From Octopus vulgaris (Eukaryota): a DNA stretch of 64,000 bases. Location: positions 101,618,001-101,682,000 of the forward strand of contig OX597816.1 in the NCBI GenBank assembly GCA_951406725.2, read 5' to 3'. Shown in pieces: positions 12,561 through 27,471 of this stretch. The first letter of the stretch is position 1. Every line of letters starts with the position of its first letter. A program made the position numbers and the translations under genes. The notes beneath the pieces were generated by a model. The model made no database searches and was not told the DNA's origin. It saw nothing but the letters and a program-made list of their open reading frames with translations.

Positions 12561-15500
12561 ATTATTATTATTCGGTAGTCTTATTTTTATAACGTGCTTT
12601 CACTGCAAAACCGAGCGCAGCTCTGCGTGCCTTGGATGTGTGCTGTGTGCCTTAGGTGTGTGCTGTATGCCTTGGGTGTGTTCTGTGTGCCTTGGGTGTG
12701 TGCTGTGTGCCTTGGGTGTGTGCTGTGTGCCTTGGGTGTGTGATGCTCTTATAGTTACTGTATTGAAAGTGTTTTACGTAGGATGTGTACGGTGCCTAGT
12801 AGTGCTATTTTTTGTATGTTACATATATTTGTTAGTCCTGATGTTTTTGTTATGTATTTGCCTCAATATATTTTTATCATACCTAATGCGCCTACTATGA
12901 TAGGAATTGTTTCTGCTTTTAGACTCCACATTCGAGTCACCTCTATTTCCAGGTCTTTGTATTTTGAAAGTTTCTTCATTTCTTTTAGAGAAACGTTGTC
13001 ATCTGTTGGTATTGATACATCAATTAGAAAGCATTTTTTCTTCATGATCTCTGACAATTATATTTAGCCTATTGGCCTTAATTTCTGTATCTGTGTGTAT
13101 TGGCATATCCCATAGTATTGTTGCTTTCTCATTTTCTGTGACCTTTTCTGTTGTTATTCCATAGTGTTGGCATAGCTTCAAGTGTATGTAGGTCCCAACT
13201 CTGTCGTGTTTGTGAATATATTCCTTCTTAGCCAGGACTGGGCAGCCAGAGGCAATATGATTTATTGTTTCTTGCCCGTCTCCACATATTCTGCAGTTAC
13301 TTGTTGTTTCTTTTCATATGTTTTTGGTAATTTCTGGTGGGGAGGTTTTGGTCTTGTGCTGCAATTAAAAATCCCTCAGTCTCTGCTTTGAGTCCTGAGC
13401 TCCTCAGCCATTGTTGAGATTTTACTTTGTCTATTTCTTTTGAGTTTAGTTTAACCCAGTATTTGCCATGAAGGGGCTTTACTTGCCATCGTTTTATCAT
13501 GATCCGTTGCTGTTCTAGTTTTAGTTTGGATTTCAGTTATTTTACAGCTTTTGTTGTTTCATCTTTTTCTTCATAGTTGTTAGGTAGTATGACTTCTTGT
13601 TTGCATTTGTCAGCTTCCTTAAGGACTGAAAATGGGTTTTGTTCTGTTCGTGTTTTGTGGCTATTTGTATTAGGTTTCCTTGCTTCTGAAGTAGATATCT
13701 TGGAGTCCTATGGTGGTTATTTTGTAATAGTTTTCTAGCTGTATAAGGCCTCTACAACCGTCTATACGGCCTCTACCGTATAAGGCTTCAACCACCCTTC
13801 TATGTCAGATTTTGTGTTGTGCATTATTTTTCTTGTTTTTCTATCTATTTTGATTAGTTCATTTAGTCCAGTTAAGGAAATTGTAGCTGTAACTTATAAC
13901 TGGGACGGCTAAAGTGTTGATACCTATTATCTTGTTTTTCGCATTGAGTTTTGCTTTCAGTATTAATATAACTCGTCTTTAGTATTCTTTTCTTATTTTC
14001 TCTTTCATTTGTGTATGTTGTATTGTATCTAGTTCATTGATTCCTAAGTATTTCTATGTCTGGCTTTGGTCTAATTATCTTATTTCATTTGCTTTATCTA
14101 GTGTGATGTTGCTACTCCTAACTAGTTTTCCACTTTTCAAGTTTGCTTTTGGCACATTTTTCTAAGCCAAATTTCATGTTTATTTCTTTGGTAAACCCAT
14201 GTTCTGTCTGTAGTAATGTTTCCAGCTGTTTATCATTTGTAGCGTACAGTTTTAGATCATCCATATATAAGAGGTAGCTAATTGTTTTTCCGTAATAGTT
14301 GTATTCACATTCAGTTCTGCTGAGCTTGACAAATAACGGTGTCAGTGCCAAGCAGGAAAGGAGTGGATAGTGAGTCTCCCTGGAATATTCCTCTTCTAAT
14401 GGGGATGGATTTGGTTTTTATGAGTCCCTCTTTTGTTTGGAGTTATAGCACTGTCTGCCATTTATTCATGGAATATGTTATATATTTTATGATTATTGGT
14501 GCAACCTTGTTCATGGCTAGTGTTTCTAGGATCCATTTGTGGGGAATACTATCAAAAGCCTTTTGTTCATCGATCCAGGCCATACTTAGACCCTTCTTCT
14601 TTCTACGGCTGTCTTCAGTTATGGCTTTATTGACCATTAGTTGATCTTTACTGTTGTATGAGCCCTTGCAGCATCCCTTCTGCTCTTCTGGAAACAGGTT
14701 GTTTTCTTCCAAATGCTTGCTCATTCCCTGTGATATTATTGCAATAAAGGCTTTGTAAATTGTATGGAGACAAGTTATTGGTCTGTAATTTTGTGGGTTT
14801 TCTGTTTCAGTGAACTTGGGAATTAGGATAGTTTTCCCTTCGGTGAGCCATTCAGGCATTCTTTCTGGCTCTGCTAGTATGTCATTAAATTTCTCAGCCA
14901 GCTTTTTGTCAGATATTTTGACCAGAAATCGGGGATCTTATCGTTCCCGAGTGCCTTCCAGTTGCTTAGTTTTAGCAGTACCTGGATGATATTTTTAGTT
15001 GTTTTAGGGGTCCAGAGTTGTTCAGGTGCTGAGTTCGTTGTTTTGATAGACTTTTTCTGAGGTTGTTCCTTCGCTGACCACATTTCTTTCCAAAATTCTT
15101 CTGCTGTTGGTACTGCATTAATATCTATTTTATTTTTGCCAAATTCTCGGTAGAATCTTTTGGGGTTGGAGTTGAACTGTTTGTTTTGTTCAAAGAAACG
15201 TTGACGTTTCTCATACCGGCGGATTCTTTGTGCTTTGGCGAGGGCATCTTGCTTTAGCTTTTCCTTTACCTCAGGTAAACCTTTTTTCTGTAATTTTGTA
15301 TTTTTGTTCTCTTCTTGTAGTTTAGTAGTGTTAATTGTCTATTAGTTCCGTTAAGGATTGACAGATCTTTTCTCTTGTTTTCAATTTTTCTGGATATTAT
15401 CTATCTACAGGGTTTGTTTAGGTGGTGGTACTCCTGTTTGGATGGGCTTGAGGGAGTGTCCAGCTTCTTTTGTGGCCACAGTGGCTGCTGCATATATTAT

Positions 15501-16200
15501 ATCATTTAGCCTGGTGATATTGACATTTGTTTCTATAGCTATTAGTTCTGTGACGGCCAGGGTCATGTAATAATAGTATTAATGTTGTTTTAGTATCAAT
15601 TTTAATTTTTATTATATTTCGTTGTTTACTTCGTTTTGTTGGAAATGTTACGTCTGTCTTCGCGTTTTACAGTTCCAGTGCTTATGATATTATCTGGCCT
15701 TGCTGTGTGGTTACTATCTACATTTTCCTGATGTATTTTTCCTTTTAAGTGTTCTATTTCTATTTCTGATTTTTTTTTTTTTTTTTGAGAATATATCTTT
15801 GTATGTTAACTAGTTTATTACAGTTAATTGCTGTATCCAAGTCTTTATTTATGTTATTTTTCTTCCAGATTTTATATGTATATGTTGTGGTGTTTTCGTT
15901 CTTTGGGTAGAACACTGTTGTAAAATAAGCGCGTAGGATTGAAATATATTCCTCACGTGTCATAAGGAATAACGTCCGGCCCTTTATTTTGAGGTTCATC
16001 ATTTTCGTAGGGTACCGGTCCGTTCATTTCTTATGTTAGGTGGTTTTGCGTGTGTAGTTTTTCGTACTTTTTGTGTAACAAGTTTAAAGTACGTACTTCC
16101 CGATTGTTATTCTTGGGTTGAATAATGCCGGTATTATTTAATTCATTCAAAATTTCTTTGAACATGGTGTTTGAGGACGGAGATAGTCTGGTATTGATTG
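12560..16200 (-). mobile_element. Near full-length, disrupted R4/Dong-clade non-LTR retrotransposon (RT + CCHC + RLE)
   Basis: PEWLTEGKTILIPK..NYRPITCL, AWIDEQKAFDSIPH, LLYMDDLKLY, CRICGDGQETINHIASGC, FLIDVSIP..EMKKLSKYKDL..IVGALG; stops and frameshifts; 3' end abuts ATTATTATTATT. The 5' boundary is approximate. Confidence 0.93.
12621..12742. repeat. 20-bp x6 minisatellite in the LINE 3' UTR
   Basis: Unit TGCTGTGTGCCTTGGGTGTG. Confidence 0.92.
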
Positions 16201-16382
16201 GATCGTAATGTGGTGAGTGTGTTTACATGTGGTGTGCGAGCAATGATGATGTACAGTTAAAATACATCATTACATTTGGAAAATAGAAATAAATTTCAAT
16301 GACTATTACTCGGATATAGTCCAAGACTTTGTCAGTTATTTTTGGCTCCATATGATGTCATTATTCCCGATGTATATATATA

Positions 16383-16716
16383 AAGGGTAAAGACCCCCTT
16401 CGGTCATGAATGACCATGGGATTGCACCTAGAAAGTTACCCTCCTAGACACAAGTCCGGGCAAGGTTGTTTATGGAAAACCAGCAGTCGCCCATGCATAC
16501 CAGCCTCCCCTCTCCACGCCACTAGTCTTATCCAAGGGAAAGACAAAGGTCGATACAGCTTGGCACCAGTGACGTCGCAACTCATTTATACAGGTGAGTG
16601 AACTGGAGCAACGTGAAATAAAGTGCCTTGCTCAAGAACACAACACGCAGCCCGGTCCGGGATTCGAGCTCACAACCTCACGATCGTAAGCTCGACGCTG
16701 TAACCACTGAGCCATG
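16383..16716 (-). mobile_element. tRNA-derived SINE with CORE-like centre (family C1)
   Basis: Minus strand TGGCTCAGTGG (A box), GCTCGAATCC (B box), TTGTGTTCTTGAGCAAGGCACTTTATTTCACGTTGCTCCAG; sister copy at 18920-19218. Confidence 0.85.
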
Positions 16717-16720
16717 TATG

Positions 16721-16816
<96 letters not shown>

Positions 16817-16949
16817 TATACATAGAGAGAAAAACAGACACGTCCACAGCATGATTTTTAAATAGGAGGAAATATGGTGCTTTGACGAGGAATGGATCTC
16901 TAGGTCGCATCTAGTCTGCGAGATTAGGATTGAAGGAGAATATACCACA

Positions 16950-17665
16950 GTAACAACAATAACAAGAACATCACGATATCACTAATATAATTCCTAACAA
17001 TAAAGACCTTTTGTCGAAAGCTTACTCAACCAAGACTAACCTGGGGCTAAGCAATTACAACACAAGGCCTACCCCTAGCAACCCAGTAGCGTTGCTCCTA
17101 TTACCACATCAACATCACAACGACCGCGTCAATCTCAAGCCAAGAACATACCACCATCAACACCAACACAACCATCAGCATTACAAGCACTATCATCATA
17201 AACATTATAAACACCAACAAACATGATACAACGACCATTGTCGATACAGTCAATTCCACTAACCTCAACACTTCTACCATTACAACCAAAATGCCGCACT
17301 ACCAGACACCAAACATGTTCAGACAGGTATGTTCACCTGTCGTAATACAGCTCATTAGTAACCCATCTGCCACCCCTAACCTCTAAACAAACACCTTTCT
17401 TTCCCTGCCTTCGCTCCACTCATCAACTACCTTCTTCAAACAATTTCGGTTCAAGACCGATCCCTTGAAAATAAAAATCGTTACAGTAACGTCATTAACA
17501 CTGCCTACCAACACCACTACCACCACCTCTTCCAGCTTCTTCACCTCCTCACCAGCTCACTTCTCCAACACCGCCTACATTTCCATGCTAACAACACCAT
17601 TACCAATACCAGTATTAACATCACCACCAACGCCACTGCTAAACTAGCAGCAACACCACCTCATA
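16950..17665. repeat. Decayed (CCA/ACA)-rich low-complexity tract
   Basis: Strong C/A strand bias with scattered CACCAC and CAACA triplets. Confidence 0.7.
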
Positions 17666-17719
17666 TCCACTTTTCTTTTTTACACTTTTTTTCTCCTTTG
17701 CACTGAGTGACATTGCTCT

Positions 17720-17723
<4 letters not shown>

Positions 17724-17750
<27 letters not shown>

Positions 17751-17797
17751 AATAATAATAATAATAATATAATAATAATAATATAATGATAATGATA

Positions 17798-17895
<98 letters not shown>

Positions 17896-17897
17896 TA

Positions 17898-17979
<82 letters not shown>

Positions 17980-17997
17980 ATAATAATAATAATAATA
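17724..17997. repeat. (AAT)n microsatellite
   Basis: Long, nearly perfect run. Confidence 0.97.
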
Positions 17998-18609
17998 TCC
18001 TTGAAGCCTCGTTCAAATCACAGCTTTTTTTGCTTAGTCACCAGATGAAGGGAAAAACACTCCTCTGCTAGAAAAAAGATGGCGAAACAATCTTGACGAT
18101 TAACGAGGCCGATTACTGGATCCACCCTACACGCAAAAAATATTGTTCGACAAAACTCCACAGTCTAATAACGTTAACGAGTACGAGCAGATCCGTTAGT
18201 ACTGAGTGGAAAGATTTGCCTTACAAACTGAGATCACCAAAGAATTCTAGGAGATGCGTAGCCTCAGTGCATATCTAAGCAACAACAGCTATGGCATGCT
18301 CAACCCGCTACGCAGAGGATGCTGGATGACAGACCACTTGACCTGTGTATCATGTTCCCTCCATAAGAAGCAGAAGAACTCAGACTGCATCTTGATAGAC
18401 CCATCTGAGGCACTTCCGTTCCTTTGGGGAGTGTCTTTAGCCGTAGAGAGATCTGACTGGATCGCGCAGGTCTGATTTCCTGGCCACAATGCAAAATGTA
18501 AGAACCTCGTACCTGACACGTTGTAGAATTTCTTCTAGCTCTTAATGATCTGAGTTCAAATCCCATCATGTCCTGCATAGATGGCAGGTATAATCTGTCT
18601 CCCTGATTA

Positions 18610-18918
18610 AACAATGGCACTCCGCCGGTTACGACGACGAGGTCCCAGCTCATCCCATCAACGGAACAGCCTACGCTGAAATTAACGTGCAAATGGCTGA
18701 GCACTACATAGACACGCGTACCCTTAATGTAGTTCTCAGGGAGATTCAACAGGAGACAAAATGTGACAAGGCTGGCCCTTTGGATTACAGGCCCAACTCA
18801 TTTTTACCAGCTGAGTGAATTGGAATAACCTGAAATAAAGTGTCTTGCTCAAGGACACAACACGCCGCCAGGAATCGAACGCACAAGCTTACAATCATGA
18901 GTCCAATGCCCCTAGCCA
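18610..18918 (-). mobile_element. SINE with CORE-like centre and the tail of 43198-43583 (family C2)
   Basis: Minus strand GTTCGATTCC B box, TTGTGTCCTTGAGCAAGACAC, tail CTCGTCGTCGTAACCGGCGGAGTGC. Confidence 0.85.
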
Positions 18919-18919
18919 C

Positions 18920-19218
18920 AAAATGAGATTGCAGTAGAAAGTTCCCCTCCAAGGTACAAGTCTTGACAAGGTTGTTTATGGAAGACCATCAGTCGCCTAT
19001 GCATAACAACCTCCCCTCTCCACGCCACCGATGTTATCCAAGGAAAAGGCAAAGGGCGATACAGCGTGGTGCCAGTGACGTCGCAGCTCATTTCTACAGC
19101 TGAGTGAACTGGAGCAACGCAAAATAAAGTGTCTTGCTTAAGAACACAACACAGCCCGCTCCGGGAATCGAAGTCACTATTCATGATTATGATCGCGATG
19201 CCCTAGCCACTGAGCCAT
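18920..19218 (-). mobile_element. SINE family C1
   Basis: Colinear with 16420-16716. Confidence 0.85.
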
Positions 19219-19651
19219 GTACCTTCAGAGTTTGTACATATGGTTCTTATATTTATTTGAATTCAGGATTTGCTCACTACTAGGTCATTTGAATGATCGC
19301 AGAACTTGTAATACGAAGAGTGGGTTAATCCTGTATTTATGTGTGAGAGGTGTACACATATGTCTGTATTTTAGAGAGAGAAAAAAACGTGCATGCGAAA
19401 AGGGTTTAAATATATAACTGTGCTCATGTTGACATATTCTGTCACTCTCAAATGCAATTGCACATATATACGAGTATGCACAAAAGTTGACAAAAAGGCT
19501 GCACTTATACAAAGGCATAGTCAGGTAAAAAAAAAAAAAGCGAGAGGTTCAAACACATAGACATAACATGCGCAAAATCTGATGACATGCATGTTGATCC
19601 CACCGACTCAACAATACTCTCACACTCAAACACACACACATGCGCGCTCTC

Positions 19652-19725
<74 letters not shown>

Positions 19726-19730
19726 ATGCA

Positions 19731-19830
<100 letters not shown>

Positions 19831-20073
19831 ATTTGTAAACAAACCCGAAAGGCTTTGTAAGTTGTGGAGAGAAAGCTACTATGGACGGATCATGATATGA
19901 TAATAACTGTATAATATATCATAATATTTTATTCTCCTATTTGAAGCGACAATTTTTTAAATACAAACAAATGACTAAAAAATCGAACACGCATATCAAC
20001 GCTAACATGGCTCCTTGCACATCTGATTGGGCCAAACGATCACCCATCAATTTCAGCCAAATTTATGCAGTTT

Positions 20074-20154
<81 letters not shown>

Positions 20155-20155
20155 G

Positions 20156-20374
20156 CAGGGTTGGCCAAAAGTTACCCGACAGTAAATGAAAATTCCATAA
20201 ATACTATCTGTAATTCTGTATTGACTCGAATGGGAAAATGTGTTACTCACGAAGGACTTCAGTTTGAACAATTTTCATGATATTTCATATTTAGATGTTT
20301 AGATGTTTGTTGAACATAAATAAATCTTGGAATTAAATGGTTTTGATTTACTGTCCGGTGATTTTGGGCCAAAC

Positions 20375-20377
<3 letters not shown>
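20156..20377 (+). mobile_element. Tc1/mariner-type MITE (~220 bp)
   Basis: TIRs CAGGGTTGGCCAAAAGTTACCCGACAGTA / TACTGTCCGGTGATTTTGGGCCAAACCTG, followed by TA. Confidence 0.8.
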
Positions 20378-20429
<52 letters not shown>

Positions 20430-20439
20430 CACACAAAAT

Positions 20440-20883
<444 letters not shown>

Positions 20884-21101
20884 CAGGTTTGGCCAAAAAT
20901 CAAGACCATTTAATTCCAAGATTAAAACAAAAACTTATTTTATATGAGATTTCGCTAATAAAATGACAAATATTGAGCAAAACGGTGATTTTAACTCACA
21001 GCATTCAATTATTAAACATTCATAATTAGAATGAATAAATGAATAAAATTGAATATTTACGGAATTTTGATATACTGTCGGGTGACTTTTGGCCAACCCT
21101 G
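20884..21101 (-). mobile_element. Tc1/mariner-type MITE, same TIR family as 20156
   Basis: TA|CAGGTTTGGCCAAAA ... CTGTCGGGTGACTTTTGGCCAACCCTG|TA. Confidence 0.8.
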
Positions 21102-21109
21102 TATATAAA

Positions 21110-21168
<59 letters not shown>

Positions 21169-21175
21169 ATATAAT

Positions 21176-21227
<52 letters not shown>

Positions 21228-21507
21228 CATGCATATATGGGTACAGGATGTCACCAACGGTTCAAACAACATGAAATACGTAAACAAACGAGTTAGATAC
21301 GTAAACGAGAAAAAATGGAAAACAGGACAAGTAAACAGAGAGAAAGGACCCTTCATCAGTTGTCAGCTGACTATCTACTCCTCATTTCGAGCATTCAACG
21401 ATAATATGAATCTTCAAAGACAGTTGCTCTCATAAATTCTAAAATAAAATTTAGGATTTGTGGAGGGTCAAAGTGGAGGCATACAAGGAAATTATTACAA
21501 GTAAGTT

Positions 21508-21585
<78 letters not shown>

Positions 21586-21594
21586 CATATATAT

Positions 21595-21648
<54 letters not shown>

Positions 21649-21651
<3 letters not shown>

Positions 21652-21820
21652 CGCAGGAGTGGCTGTTTGGTAAGTAGCTTGCTAACCAACCACATGGTTC
21701 CGTGTTCAGTCCCACTGCGTGGCATCTTGGGCAAGTGTCTTCTGCTATAGCCCCGGACCGACCAATGCCTTGTGAGTGAATTTTGTAGACGGAAACTGAA
21801 AGAAGCCAGTCGTATATATG

Positions 21821-21874
<54 letters not shown>

Positions 21875-21989
21875 TATGTCTGTGTTTTTCCCCCTAGCAT
21901 TGCTTGACAACCGATGCTGGTATGTTTACGTCCCCGTCACTTAGCGGTGCTCCAGCATGGCCACAGTCAAATGACTGAAACAAGTAAAA

Positions 21990-21992
<3 letters not shown>
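21649..21992 (+). mobile_element. SINE family A
   Basis: GGCGCAGGAGTGGCTGTTTGGTAAG...GTTCAGTCCC head, internal (TA)(TG) run, ACTGAAACAAGTAAAAG tail. Confidence 0.92.
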
Positions 21993-22049
<57 letters not shown>

Positions 22050-22192
22050 TTAGTTCAATTATCCGCGCTAAAGCACGGTTGCGACACCCCAAGGTCGTAA
22101 CTTCAACCGTGTTTTTTCTGTTGTGATTTTTGCTACCCAGGTATCGGTTAAATTTTGAATAATCCTTAACAAGATAATTCATTTATCCATTT

Positions 22193-22223
<31 letters not shown>

Positions 22224-23204
22224 GCATATACAAATACAAATACATACATACTAACGTCAGCCATACCTTAGTCTTTCTCTTAATAACATCCTAATCAACT
22301 TGCCAATTGAGTCATACTAATACGCAAGGAAGGTTTCTCTAGTATTTTGTGTGTTTGACATACAACACAATAATACATAAAAGCAGTTTGAACTGGTGAA
22401 TTGTCAATCGTCTGCTTTTTCAGAAATTAGCCTTCATGGAGCCAGCTACAGATTACAGTGAAAGAAAATTAATGAAAAAAATCGAATGAAAGTCCACTAA
22501 AATAATAATAGTGAGAACAAAAGACGGAGAAAAAGCTAAATAAAATAATTAATCTCCAGAGAATTCTATTTTATCTAAATCGAATTGAAATGATTAATAA
22601 TTAAGAATTTCTCTTTTACGAATGCACCGATTTTTTTCTAATTGTTTTTACTTATAAATTGTTCTTTGGTTGGTTTCGTTCGTGGCAAATGGCTGTGAAG
22701 TTGGCTGAAATAATAGAATGCCGAGGTAGGATTTAACATCATCATTATCGTCATTGTCTTCTTCTTTTCTTCTTCTTTTTCTTCTTCGTCGTCGTTGTCG
22801 TCAGTATCATCGTTAAAGTTCGTCATCATCGTCATCGATATAGTGGGCGGGAATATTTCACAACATCCCAAGCAGTCACTGTGTATGTATGCCAATTCAT
22901 GTAGGTCACTAGAATTTATTTATACGCATTGATTTTGCGTATCTGTTACTTTATGTAGATATTTTTTAAGTGCTGTGCCAAGTAGGTCTCTTTTTGTATG
23001 TTATGCAGTTAAAGTAACATTACTGTTAAATTTGTTGGTGGGGTGGGGGTAATGATGGTTATGGCATTTGTATTGCTGTTTCTGTTGTTGTTTATCCCAG
23101 GTAAGCCCTAATCAAGCAGACCTATGAGCAAAAGCCTTCCAGTCATTCAGGACTAGTTTATTTCAGACCATATTATCTAATGCATCCTTCATTCTTAAGA
23201 CAGT

Positions 23205-23622
23205 AGGCGTGGGAGTGGCTGTGTGGTAAGTAGCTTGCTTACCAACCACATGGTTCCGGGTTCAGTCCCACTGCGTGGCACTTTGGGCAAGTGTCTTCTA
23301 CTATAGCCTCGGGCCGACCAAAGCCTTGTGAGTGGATTTGGTAAACGGAAACTGAAAGAAGCCTGTCGTGTATATGTAGATCTATATATATGTGTGTGTG
23401 TTTGTGTATCTGTGTTTGTCCCCCCACCCAAATCGCTTGGCAACCGATGATGGTGTGTTCATGTCTCCGTAACTTAGCAGTTCGACAAAAGGAACCGATA
23501 GAATAAGTACTAGGCTTACAAAGAATAAGTCCCAGGGTCGATTTTCTCGACTAAAGGCGGTGCTCCAGCATGGTCGCAGTCAAATGACTGAAACAAGTAA
23601 AAGAGTAAAGAGTAAAGAGAGT
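23205..23622 (+). mobile_element. SINE family A, full length
   Basis: Complete head to tail with (AGTAAAG)n end; splits an older repeat (23090-23200 / 23625-23680). Confidence 0.93.
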
Positions 23623-24569
23623 ATGATTTGAGAAATATTTAGTTGCTACTTCTAACATAGATTAATCCCGCAGAAATCCCTTGTGACATCTCTTTACTTA
23701 TCTGTGTGTGTTTGTACTTACATCTCTTTTATTAACAACTAAACATATACAATAAAAGGAAAGAAAACCTATGTGTTTTCTATTGATATATATTTTCTAC
23801 TTTAATTTATGGTTTAATATTTTCTGAAACTTTTTTGCAATCTTCATTCTTGTATTTACTTTGTTTTTGGCTTTTTTTTTCAGCAACCTTTTCCGTGACT
23901 CTCTCCAAAGTGAAGTGGGAGAGATAGTCATTGAAAAGGTTGCGAATGGCGACAAAAGAACTTTGACGAGCAAAATGAAAACGATTGACTGTTTGGCCAA
24001 CAAGTTAAGCAAACAATCAGTCAGTTAGTTGAATAGATATTTAACCAAATGACTAATAATAAAGGAATAGCATTGAACTAGTTATTAACATTGGCGTGTT
24101 ATTAACATTGGCGTAATGACTCTTCCAAAACACAACATAGTTTTCATGTGCTGGGACAAAATTTCCTATTAGTATGCATTAACAAAAATATCTTGAAGCT
24201 TGCCTTTATCTCACCACTAATGTATCCAAACATGACATAGAGTATTATTACTATTGTGCTTTGGACTCTGCCTCTATAGTATGTGTTTCTGCCGTCGGTT
24301 TCTGCTACTCAAAAATTTCAAATCCGTTCTTTTATTTCCATCTCAAAATTACAGGCTGTTACAATGATAGCAAAGTAGAGAATATAACATTTATAGCCGA
24401 CGATCTGTGAAACAGGCGACCATTGATGGCAGGACGTCAAAGAACCATTTTGCGGTCATGATATGTATATTGGGCTTCGTATATTTGTACCTCAGTGTCA
24501 CTTTGATGGCATGCGTTGCTTTCTCACTCAATAATAACAACAACAACAACAACAATAATACTAATAATT

Positions 24570-24715
24570 CTTTCTATTATGATAACGGGGCCTGAAATTT
24601 CGGAGGAGTGAGTGAGTTGATTATATCGATTACTCAACTGATAACTATTTTATCGATAGGAAAAGAATGAAAGGCAAAGTCGACTACAACGAAATTTTTA
24701 CTCAGAACGTAATAA
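24570..24715 (-). mobile_element. SINE family B (Meta-domain-like), diverged
   Basis: ATGAAAGGCAAAGTCGAC...ACTCAGAACGTAA. Confidence 0.75.
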
Positions 24716-25659
24716 TGGCTTGTATTTAGATACGAGATGAATGTTATATAAATGATAAATACAAACAGAGGTAACAAGCATTACATGATTCAATAGACAT
24801 TTAGGAATTGAAAGTATCCGTTTTGATGTGAGATGCCATGTTTATTGCGATATATAGTGATAGTTTTTACTTCTTTATAAAGCTATTGAAAATTTTGTGT
24901 ATGTTTTTATTTATTTTTTTTTTATTTTTTTTTTAGCCGAGATAATTTTATGAAGAATGACTTCTGAAAAGGATTGCACGTGTGAATAAATCTTGTGAAT
25001 GTTGTATTACTCGCACGGAGAAATTTGGCATTATCGCAGTTGTTTGATAACTCTAGAGCCAACGGGTATGAGGGCAGAGAGCCAATATGAAAGTTATTGT
25101 AAAATTTGATTTGGTTTGACTGTCTGGAAACTTTAAAACTCTGGCGAAAATTACTGTGTCAGAGTTACACATTTTTAAATTTAGACTAGTCTCATGTCTC
25201 GTTTTCGTAAATTTTGTACTTTACTAAAGTAATGACCTCACGAAATAACACCGTAGTTTAAATGACAACTAATAAGAATCTAAGGATTGTTTAGTAACAA
25301 GTCTAGCTTTATAGGGGTTTTTCTGTAAATCTCGAGATATTTACAGCGCTCTATGATAGTATCCGATGTTGGAGGTACGGTAAAAGTTGTGGTTGTTTTC
25401 TGAGATCTAGTTTTAACAGCAATCTTTGTCTAATATTTGGTAACATGCACTGATCTGTTCCGTTAGTTCAATACCTTCAATCTCAAGTTTTAAACACGTT
25501 CTTTTAAACACGAAGGTGGTGCAGGTGGTGGTGGTGGTGGTGGTTCTGCTGCTGTTACTGCTGCTGTCGCTGTCGCTGATCGTAGTAGTGGTGGTGGTGG
25601 TGGTGGTCACCAACAAATTCTCAAATCTCATTTGAACATACTCAAGAGCAAGAAAAATA

Positions 25660-27471
25660 TTGTCAGTGATGTTGTGCTCACATTAAATCCCAGGGATTTT
25701 TGATGATAGATGCTGCGGGAGACCAGAAGTGATGATAGATGCTGTCAAGGACCAGAAGCATCTTAATGATGAAGGAGAGATCCCCCTCAAGAATCTCCAG
25801 GACCAGGAGATAAGTTTATCAATATGTACGACCTCTTTCTTGGAAGCAGTTTCCCAACCTCTTCGAAACGAACAGAAGAATGGGGAGTAGCTTCTTGACT
25901 AATTTCCCAGATCCGATGGCACCTTCAGTGTTCAACTATAAAGTCCTGGATAATATCTCATCCTCTAGTGCCTGCTCGCAACCAGAGTCAACACCTTCCA
26001 CGAATATGCTGACAGGATATTCATGTTTTAACTGGAGAAGCTACTGGTTGCTACGAGGTTAGATGTTGTGCGTGTCACTTATATAGAAGGGAGTTTAAGA
26101 GAGTTTATATAAGAAATGAGATGTAAGGGTGTATACAGGAAAGTACTGAGCAAGACTAAAATGCCAGTCGATTGGATGGACTCCCTCCTTGACTCAATGA
26201 ATATGAGGAACTTCCAAAGTACAAAAGAGCAACTAGCTTACAGCCAAAGGTATATGTGTAACATCAATAGAAGAAATGGCATCTTCATGCAAAACTACAT
26301 TCGTGACGAGGCGGACACCAGATTTGTGTATTACGTAATGCATGCACTGAATAACAGAGAAAAGTCTAGACAAGTTCGCACCGCAGACACAAATGTAGAC
26401 ACATTCCGGGATTTGATTGCGAGTCAACATTTGGCTGACGTCTGTTTGGCTTTTGTAATAGGAAACAATAATCGATTTTACATCAGCGTCATACGCGCAA
26501 GCGTGTAAGAGTCACGATCATAAGAATTACTTATATTTCACATATTTTCAAATTGTGACACAACTATCTTTCAACAGCAAGCGAAGGAAATCGTTTTGGC
26601 AGAACTGTCAGGCATAAAAAGAAGTTGTAGAGACATTTTGTGAGGCTGTCAAGTCAACCATTTCAACAGTAAAATAGTAACAACAGCTCTGCTAAGAAGT
26701 TCGAGCGACTGACTGTTATATTGTTATGACAAAACCAGCCTATTGATATCTATCAAAAAGGCACAAAAGAAACTCTTTTTATCAGAAGAATCGAATGATA
26801 GACAAATTATCATACATCAGTGACTCGCTTCTCCAGCATTCCTGTTGCATTGGGTAGCAAGCATGTATTTAGACAATCAACATACAGACACAGTTAGTGG
26901 TTCCTGTTCCACAAGGGTTTGTCTAAACCAAAGTATGAAAGATGTGAGAATTCCCTTTGGTAGTAATTCCAATGGTTTTCCACAGTTGCCAAGGCGTGAA
27001 GCAAATCTGGGCGACTCGCTCCTTTGTAAGCGCAAATACAGCCCATAGAACAAGTAAACTGAATATTGGTGTAGGAACATCGCAAAACAATGCAGCGTAC
27101 TTGGCTAAAAGGTCGATGTCAGTATAAAAAAAACAATGTTTGAAAATAAATCTCTGTAAATTTTCAATGATTGTGGTTACTTTAATAAGTGATGTTAGCA
27201 TTTATTTTGACCTCGTATGATTCACAAGACAATAATATTTTCGCATAAATGTCGGGTTTCAATTACATGAATTTATTTATTATTTTTGTTTTGTTTTGTT
27301 TTGTTTTATTTCTTCTTCATATTTTTAAACAATTTTTAAGTGCATATTTTAATAACTCCCGATAGCTCTTAAGTTAACACTCATTAATAGGCTCTAAGGG
27401 AACCTCTAGGCAAATATAAAACTTTTATCGAGCCCGTAACGGAAATATCATTATGAAGCAGACTTCCTCTA
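25660..27471 (+). mobile_element. Academ-type (XPG/FEN-like nuclease) DNA transposon remnant
   Basis: DEADTRFVYYVMHAL..VRTADTNV and FHIFSNCDTT match the HEEADTR..H / DTDV / HA..GCDTTS motifs of the Academ XPG domain; possible terminus ...GCAGACTTCCTCTA. Confidence 0.65.

Noticed and set aside
12621-12742. CRISPR-like array
   Set aside because: Contiguous 20-bp units with no spacers, in a eukaryotic LINE UTR.
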